Below are positions 58,066 through 64,000 of a stretch of DNA of 64,000 bases, piece after piece. The position numbers were made by a program, and so were the translations under genes. A model generated the notes under the pieces. The model had not been told where the DNA came from. It did not search any database and saw only the letters and a list, made by a program, of their open reading frames with translations. Within the stretch, counting starts at the first letter, position 1, and the number at the start of each line of letters is the position of its first letter. This DNA comes from Thermodesulfobacteriota bacterium (GTDB lineage: Bacteria > Desulfobacterota > Desulfobacteria > Desulfobacterales > SURF-7): assembly GCA_049320885.1 (NCBI GenBank), contig JBMORA010000001.1, positions 1 to 64,000 of the forward strand, read 5' to 3'.

Positions 58066-60069
58066 ATGAAAGCGTCCATTTCTTCACCGAAATCCATGGA
58101 ACTCCTGGCGCCGGTCGGCCGGTTTAAGGGGCTTGAACCGATCCTGGAAAGCGGTGCCGACGCGGTTTACCTGGCGGGCAAGGATTACAACATGCGCCGC
58201 CACCGTTCGGATTTCAATTTCGATAGAGACCAGATCGCCCAGACGGCCGTGAAAGTTCATGACGCCGGCGCCAAACTGTATGTGGCGGTGAACAGCCTCT
58301 TGAGCGACCAAGAACTGGAAGGTGTCGGCGACTACCTCCGGTTTCTGCAGTCCGTGGGCGCCGACGCCATCATCGTGCAGGACCTGGGCCTCATCCGGCT
58401 GGTGAAGGAAAGGGAAATCCATCTACCCCTTCACGCCAGCACCATGATGAATATCCACAGCGCCGAGGGCGCCATCGCCGCCGCCGGACTTGGTATTGGC
58501 CGCATCATCTGCTCCCGGGACATTACCCTGGCTCAAGTCGAGGAGATGGGCCGGAAGAGCGGTCTGGAGATGGAATATTTCGTCCATGGCGATATGTGCT
58601 TTGTCCAAAGCGGCCAGTGCTATGCCAGCGGCCTGATTTTCGGAAACAGCAGCAATCGGGGCAAATGCATGAAACCCTGCCGATGGCCCTATGAATTGAT
58701 CGATCTGGCCGATGGTTCACGTCTGCCGGCCAGAATGGAAGGCAACTATCTTCTGGCCGTCAAGGACATGTGCCTGCTGCAGCGCATCCCCGAATTGGTG
58801 CAGGCCGGAATCGTTTCTCTCAAAATCGAGGGGCGCATGCGGCCACCGGAATTCATGTCCCAAATCGTCAACATCTACAGAAGGGCCATCGACAGGTACC
58901 ACACCGACCCCTTGGGCTATTCGGACAATTTTGACTTGTTCGAGGAACTCTATCGGGAACGGGTAAGGGAGTTTTCAACCAGCGTCGCCTTCCGTAGACC
59001 CGGTGCCGAATTCATCGGTTCCACCGGAGAACGGGAACCCCTCTTCCTGAGCACCGGGGCTGTATTACCCGAGATCGACCTGCTGGACGATCCGGAAGGA
59101 TTCCCCACGGCCCCAAGGGCACTCCAGAGCCCCCGGCCGGAACTGGCCGTGCATGTGGCCACGCCGCAAGCGGCCGCCCGGGCGCTGGCCGGCGGCGCTG
59201 ACTGGATCTATGTCGGTGGCGAAGTCCCCAGCCGGCATGATCATGGGTGGAACCAAGCCGCATTGGAATGCATTATCCGGGATACCCGGGCAAGCGGCAA
59301 AAAGGTCGGCCTGCTGACCCCCCGGGTCACCGTCGCCCATCAACTGCAGGGACTCGCCCGGTTGCTGGACGGCCGTCTGGCGGAACCACCGGACGCCGTG
59401 CTGGTCCACAATCTGGGCAGTCTGCAACTGCTCAAGGCAACCACCGACATCCCCATCCACGCTGATTTTTCCTTGAATGTCATCAATGTCAAGGCTCTGG
59501 AGCTGCTGCACAGCCTCGGGGCTGCCCGGGCGACCGTTTCCCTCGAAGCCGCCTTTGATACCGTGGCCGCCCTCGCCGCCGCCCCCCCCATGCCCCTTGA
59601 ATGCCTGGTCCATGGCCCCTTGCCCGGCATGTACGCGGAACATTGCCTGATCAGCCTGGCCCTGCGCGGAACCTCGGCCGACGAGCCTTGCCGCGGCACC
59701 TGCCGCCATCTTCGCTGTGGCCTGAAAAACCGGTACGCCGATATCTTCCCCGTGGAAACGGACCAGTATTGCCGCAGCCATATTCTCCTGTCGAAAGATC
59801 TGGCCTGCCTGCGGGTTATCGGCGCATTCTTTCACCCGGGTATAAAAAGCCTCCGCATCGAAGGGCAGTACTATGACCCGTCGCTGGTGGGGTATCTGAC
59901 GGAGCTGTATGCCAGGACCATCCAGACCCCCGACGAACCCATCGGGGAAAAGGCCCTGCAACGCCTTGTGTCGCAAAGTCCCAGGGGATTCAGCCTCGGT
60001 GCCTATCCCAAAGGGATCTTTGCCGAAAGAGCGGAAGACTACAAAACCGTCAAAAAGGATATGAAATGA
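58066..60069 (+). CDS. Peptidase U32 family Fe-S protein with two tandem U32 domains (O2-independent hydroxylase family)
   Basis: ELLAP, GADAVY, HAST, HGDMC-x6-C-x15-C-x3-C and KIEGR; second domain GADWIY, VHGPLP, C-x14-C-x3-C and LRIEG. Confidence 0.88.
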   Translation: MKASISSPKSMELLAPVGRFKGLEPILESGADAVYLAGKDYNMRRHRSDFNFDRDQIAQTAVKVHDAGAKLYVAVNSLLSDQELEGVGDYLRFLQSVGADAIIVQDLGLIRLVKEREIHLPLHASTMMNIHSAEGAIAAAGLGIGRIICSRDITLAQVEEMGRKSGLEMEYFVHGDMCFVQSGQCYASGLIFGNSSNRGKCMKPCRWPYELIDLADGSRLPARMEGNYLLAVKDMCLLQRIPELVQAGIVSLKIEGRMRPPEFMSQIVNIYRRAIDRYHTDPLGYSDNFDLFEELYRERVREFSTSVAFRRPGAEFIGSTGEREPLFLSTGAVLPEIDLLDDPEGFPTAPRALQSPRPELAVHVATPQAAARALAGGADWIYVGGEVPSRHDHGWNQAALECIIRDTRASGKKVGLLTPRVTVAHQLQGLARLLDGRLAEPPDAVLVHNLGSLQLLKATTDIPIHADFSLNVINVKALELLHSLGAARATVSLEAAFDTVAALAAAPPMPLECLVHGPLPGMYAEHCLISLALRGTSADEPCRGTCRHLRCGLKNRYADIFPVETDQYCRSHILLSKDLACLRVIGAFFHPGIKSLRIEGQYYDPSLVGYLTELYARTIQTPDEPIGEKALQRLVSQSPRGFSLGAYPKGIFAERAEDYKTVKKDMK

Positions 60070-61352
60070 AACCCATTGGTCCGGAGGCCATACGCCAGAA
60101 AAAAAAAAGCTATCTGCTCCCCTGTCTGTTTCATTTTTATCAGCATCCACCCCAGATCGTGAAGGGCGAAAGGCAGTATCTGATCGATCATGAAGGGAGA
60201 CCATATCTCGATTTTTATGCCGGCGTCGCGGTGGTCAACGCCGGCCATTGCCACCCGGAGATCACGGAAAAAACCTGCGCCCAGATCAGGACCCTCCAGC
60301 ACACCACCACCATTTATCTCACCCAGCCGATAGTGGATATGGCGGAAAAAGTGGCAGCGATCGCCCCGGCGGGACTGGATAAATGTTTTTTCTGCAACAG
60401 CGGTTCAGAGGCCAATGACGGTGCCCTGATACTGGCCCGTCTGGCGACAGGGCGTCACGGCACCATCAGCCTGACCCATGGTCTCCACGGAAGAACCTAT
60501 CTGACCCTGAGCGTCACGGGGATCCCCATGTGGCGGACCGACAATGCCCCTTACAAGGAGGCCATGCTCATCCCCGGCCCCAACTGCTATCGCTGTCATT
60601 TTCAAATGCGCTATCCGACCTGTGACGTTCATTGTGCCCGCAACCTTGAAAAAGCGATCACGCCGGATACGGCGGCCTTCATCGCGGAACCTGTCGCCGG
60701 CAACGGCGGCATCATCGTTCCGCCGCCCGAATATTTCCCCATCATTCGGGAGATCACCCGTAAAGCAGGCATCCTCTTTATTTGTGATGAAGTTCAAACC
60801 GGCATCAATCGCACCGGGAAGATGTTCGCCATCGAACACTGGGGAGTGACCCCGGATATCCTGACCATGGCCAAAGCCCTTGGCAACGGGGTCCCCGTAG
60901 GCGCTTACGTCACAACGGCAGCCATCGCGGCCGCCCATGTCAAACCCGGCGCGTCGACCCTGGGAGGAAATCCGGTGACAGCGGCGACTGTGATGGCCAC
61001 CCTGGAGGTCCATGAAAAAGAAAGACTCCAAACGCGGGCCCACTCCCTCGGCCTCTATTTCAAGGAGCAATTGAAGGCCTTGCAGGAGAAGTATCCGATC
61101 ATCGGGGATGTCCGCGGCATCGGTCTGATGCTCGGCGCCGAACTGGTGAAAACAGACGGAAGCGCCGACGCGGAAACCTGCGATCGGATCCTGGAATCGA
61201 TGAAGGATGACGGCGTCCTGATCGGCAAGACCGGTATCGGCAGAAACGTGCTGACGTTCCAGCCGCCGTTGATCGTGACAAAAGACAATATCGACGAGGT
61301 GCTGGGCAAACTGGACAGCGCGCTCATGCGCAACCACCCGCATGCTTCCTGA
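60066..61352 (+). CDS. Class III (omega-type) PLP aminotransferase
   Basis: [25 protein letters not shown] and TMAKALGNG (PLP Lys). Confidence 0.93.
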   Translation: MKPIGPEAIRQKKKSYLLPCLFHFYQHPPQIVKGERQYLIDHEGRPYLDFYAGVAVVNAGHCHPEITEKTCAQIRTLQHTTTIYLTQPIVDMAEKVAAIAPAGLDKCFFCNSGSEANDGALILARLATGRHGTISLTHGLHGRTYLTLSVTGIPMWRTDNAPYKEAMLIPGPNCYRCHFQMRYPTCDVHCARNLEKAITPDTAAFIAEPVAGNGGIIVPPPEYFPIIREITRKAGILFICDEVQTGINRTGKMFAIEHWGVTPDILTMAKALGNGVPVGAYVTTAAIAAAHVKPGASTLGGNPVTAATVMATLEVHEKERLQTRAHSLGLYFKEQLKALQEKYPIIGDVRGIGLMLGAELVKTDGSADAETCDRILESMKDDGVLIGKTGIGRNVLTFQPPLIVTKDNIDEVLGKLDSALMRNHPHAS

Positions 61353-61436
61353 CAAGCAGAAGATTCGTCGCCCGCCCGTTTTGGGTTTTCCTGGCGGGCG
61401 GCCTGCTTTCGGCGGCCTGCGATGATCTGACAGCAG

Positions 61437-63650
61437 ATGAGGTTTATCGTGGCGGAAATCTTTCTCCTTTGGATCCTGCGGAATTCTGGCAAAGTCTGGA
61501 TTGTCCTGATGGCGCTTGCCGTGGTGTTCGGCTACAACGCATCCAAAGTGCGCATGGACAACTCCATGGAAGTATGGATCCCCCTTAAAAGCCCGATCAA
61601 AACCCAATATGAACGTTTCCTCCAGGAGTTCGGTTCCGAGGAATACATGCTGGTCGCCTTTCAACTCCCTGGGGGACTGAGCCGGGACCATCTTGTGATG
61701 ACCGGCCGATTGAGCCGCGCGCTGAAAAAGGAATCCGGAATCCGCAGCGTCTGGTCCCTGACGGAAATTTTCGATCGACCAAGCGAATACATCGATCTTT
61801 TCAAGATAATGATCCTGTCGTCGGGTTTTGCAAAGCATCTGCTCATCGCGCCGGATGGCAAGGCCGCCGGCATCATTGTCCTGCTTTCCGAAGGAGGCCT
61901 TCGCGACAGAGGCGGTGTGCTGAAGCGAATCAAGGAAACCGTGGCGGCAACACTGCCCCATGGCCCCGAGGCCTTTATCGCCGGCCCATCCGTCATCAAC
62001 GCCGAACTGGACCATATCTCCCAGCGGAATGCGATGATCTATTACCCGATCCTGTTTGCCGCCTGTCTGTTTATGCTGCTGATGATTTTCAAGTCCTTGA
62101 CCGGCGTCGTTGTGCCTGCGCTGATGGCGGGCTTCGCTCTCATGCTGACGGTGGGCTGGATGGGAATTCTGGAAGCCGAACTGAATGTCATCACCATCGC
62201 TGTGCTGCCACTGGTCATGGTCACATCGCTGGCCTATTCCATTTATTTTTACAACGATTATGAAGGGCATGGGGAGCACCGTCCTCCTGCCGCCGTTGGA
62301 AGCCATGAGTCCGCTGTGATGAAGGCCTATAACAATATCCACCTGCCCTTGTTCCTCAGCGCCCTGACAACCGTGATCGGCTTTTTATCCCTCATGGCCA
62401 GCGATATCGGGCCTGTCAGCGACCTGGGGCTTTTCGTCGCCCTGGGGATCGGGTCGACCTTTCTCTTGGCCATTTCATTTCTGCCCCTGCTCCTGATGCG
62501 ATTTCCCCGGCCGCATCCAAAACCGCGGCCGTCGGAGCCCCTTCATGGGCCGGCCGGTTTTTTCCCACGCACAGGACGTTTCGTCCTCCAATCCAAAAGA
62601 TGGGTCATCGCTATCTTCAGCCTCGGCATGATCCTGGCCGGCATCGGCATGAGCAACCTCAGCATCGAAACCGACGCCTTGATGTTCTTCCCGGATGACT
62701 CGCCCATCGTGGCCGCCTATCATTTCATCGAGAGCCGTTTCACCGCCTTGGCGCCGGTGGAAGTCGTCATCACGGCCCAGGATGCGCCATGGGAAAACCA
62801 CCTGCCGGATTACGACACCCGAATGAAAATAAAAAGCTTCCAGGAAGACATTCTGCAAAATCCGGAAATCGTCACCTCCAAATCCATCGTGGACATTTGG
62901 GAAGATACCATCAGTGCCGAACTCATGGAAACCAGCGCCATCCCGAATCAGCGCCTGCTGCAGAGTCTCGAGACGGCAAGCCGCTATTTCATCAACGACC
63001 GTGGAACAACTACCCGCATTTCCGTCCGCGTCAAGAGCCTGGCTTCCAACCAGTTCCAAACCATCGTCACCTATATCGAAGCAAAAGCCCGGGAGCATTT
63101 CAACGGCTGGCGGGATGTTTATATAACCGGAATCGTTCCTATTATCGTCGACATGCAGAACCAGCTGCTGCAGAGCCTGATGAAAAGTTTCCTGATCGCG
63201 TTCGGCATCATATTCGGGGTCTTCCTCCTCCTGTTGAAATCGATGAAAAAGGCAGCCATCTGCATGTTCGTGAATCTGCTCCCGATCGTCGTCATTTTCG
63301 GATTTATGGGCTGGATGGACATCAAGCTGAGTGTGGCCACCGTGATGATCGGGAGCATCGCCATCGGGATCTGCGTGGATGACACTGTCCATTTCATCAC
63401 GCGCCTGAAACAGGAAAGCTACGGTACCGCCGACCTGCATGGGCCGCTCCTGATAACCCTCGCCGCCACCGGCAAATCGATCGCATCTACATCGCTGGCC
63501 AATCTATCCGGATTCATCGTGCTCTGCTTTTCCGGTTTTGTTCCCATGCAGCAGTTCGGTATGTTGACCGGCATCACCATTGTCATCGCCATGCTGGCGG
63601 ATCTGCTGCTCCTGCCAGCCTTGCTGGCGTTTTTCCGGATCAGACTTTAA
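61437..63650 (+). CDS. MMPL / RND-family lipid exporter
   Basis: Two repeats of TM1-periplasmic loop-5 TM; SALTTVIGFLSL and GICVDDTVH. Confidence 0.92.
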   Translation: MRFIVAEIFLLWILRNSGKVWIVLMALAVVFGYNASKVRMDNSMEVWIPLKSPIKTQYERFLQEFGSEEYMLVAFQLPGGLSRDHLVMTGRLSRALKKESGIRSVWSLTEIFDRPSEYIDLFKIMILSSGFAKHLLIAPDGKAAGIIVLLSEGGLRDRGGVLKRIKETVAATLPHGPEAFIAGPSVINAELDHISQRNAMIYYPILFAACLFMLLMIFKSLTGVVVPALMAGFALMLTVGWMGILEAELNVITIAVLPLVMVTSLAYSIYFYNDYEGHGEHRPPAAVGSHESAVMKAYNNIHLPLFLSALTTVIGFLSLMASDIGPVSDLGLFVALGIGSTFLLAISFLPLLLMRFPRPHPKPRPSEPLHGPAGFFPRTGRFVLQSKRWVIAIFSLGMILAGIGMSNLSIETDALMFFPDDSPIVAAYHFIESRFTALAPVEVVITAQDAPWENHLPDYDTRMKIKSFQEDILQNPEIVTSKSIVDIWEDTISAELMETSAIPNQRLLQSLETASRYFINDRGTTTRISVRVKSLASNQFQTIVTYIEAKAREHFNGWRDVYITGIVPIIVDMQNQLLQSLMKSFLIAFGIIFGVFLLLLKSMKKAAICMFVNLLPIVVIFGFMGWMDIKLSVATVMIGSIAIGICVDDTVHFITRLKQESYGTADLHGPLLITLAATGKSIASTSLANLSGFIVLCFSGFVPMQQFGMLTGITIVIAMLADLLLLPALLAFFRIRL

Positions 63651-64000
63651 CAGCACCCGCAGCTTTCTGGTGATTCCAAGCAGGTACGCATGCTTCCACA
63701 CCGGACGGAATCGAAGCCTCCGGGCCAATTGTTGCAGCAGTACATTAGCGGGCCAATACCAGTCTTCGGCGCTGCTCCAGGTCAGCTCGGGATAACAAAA
63801 CCGGTCGACGTCCGTTACATGCTGGATGCCCATGGCCTTGGACAGATAGCAGACCGGCCGTAAAAGCCCTGCCTCATCGGACAGGAGGCCCTCTTTTCTG
63901 GCAACGGCCTCCAGTTCGGTCCCTGGATAAATTCGCATGCCCAGATTGAACAAAACCTGGTTGGGTTTTTTGATCGTTTTGAGGAAAGCGACGGTTTCCC
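63504..64000 (-). CDS. Radical SAM protein, C-terminal part (runs off window end)
   Basis: Frame open to the window edge: ETVAFLKTIKKPNQVLFNLGMRIYPGTELEAVARKEG resembles the C-terminus of B12/radical SAM proteins; CxxxCxxC not visible. Confidence 0.65.
   Translation of the reverse strand, partial: ETVAFLKTIKKPNQVLFNLGMRIYPGTELEAVARKEGLLSDEAGLLRPVCYLSKAMGIQHVTDVDRFCYPELTWSSAEDWYWPANVLLQQLARRLRFRPVWKHAYLLGITRKLRVLLKSDPEKRQQGWQEQQIRQHGDDNGDAGQHTELLHGNKTGKAEHDESG

Noticed and set aside
60405..62342. 645-aa minus-strand ORF
   Set aside because: Antisense to the aminotransferase and MMPL genes with no motifs
1..64000. CRISPR arrays, tRNA/rRNA, IS elements, integrases, c-di-GMP riboswitches
   Set aside because: No regularly spaced repeats, cloverleafs, transposase or integrase motifs, or GEMM consensus seen in the intergenic regions by eye

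Overview
A 64 kb chromosomal window that looks like a sulfate-reducer-type deltaproteobacterium (Desulfobacterota-like; inferred from gene content only). From left to right it holds six blocks. (1) A minus-strand flagellar/chemotaxis block: partial fliH, fliG, fliF, fliE, flgC, flgB, two sigma54 activators, a large secreted TPR protein, cheY, cheX, two PilZ proteins and a REC-GAF-HD-GYP protein, with two sigma54 promoters. (2) Housekeeping genes: a Tat-exported D,D-peptidase, a split PurH, pepA and a radical SAM protein. (3) A candidate polyhydroxyalkanoate locus: two phasin-like genes and a Cys-lipase-box PhaC-like synthase. (4) Mixed metabolic and signalling genes: M20 peptidase, SH3 protein, paraoxonase-like lipoprotein, START protein, LarE, NMO/FabK, acetoacetyl-CoA synthetase, a bifunctional glycogen debranching enzyme, a HEAT plus HD-GYP pair, nrdJ with an NrdR box, an MCP, mutY and a hybrid kinase. 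(5) ihfB and a small H1-like protein. (6) The most interesting part, from 53.3 kb to the end: a tightly coupled operon with its own near-consensus promoter. It encodes a B12/radical SAM enzyme, a reductase-SCP2 fusion, an alpha/beta hydrolase, an EhpF-like adenylating enzyme, a tandem-U32 Fe-S protein, a class III aminotransferase and an MMPL exporter, and a second radical SAM gene converges on it. This is a candidate uncharacterised anaerobic biosynthetic cluster for a lipid-like or aromatic amine. A 51-aa ORF missed by the ORF track has its own sigma54 promoter and a FleQ-box-like enhancer. No tRNA, rRNA, CRISPR array or IS element was seen. All family assignments come from motif recognition by eye, not database searches.
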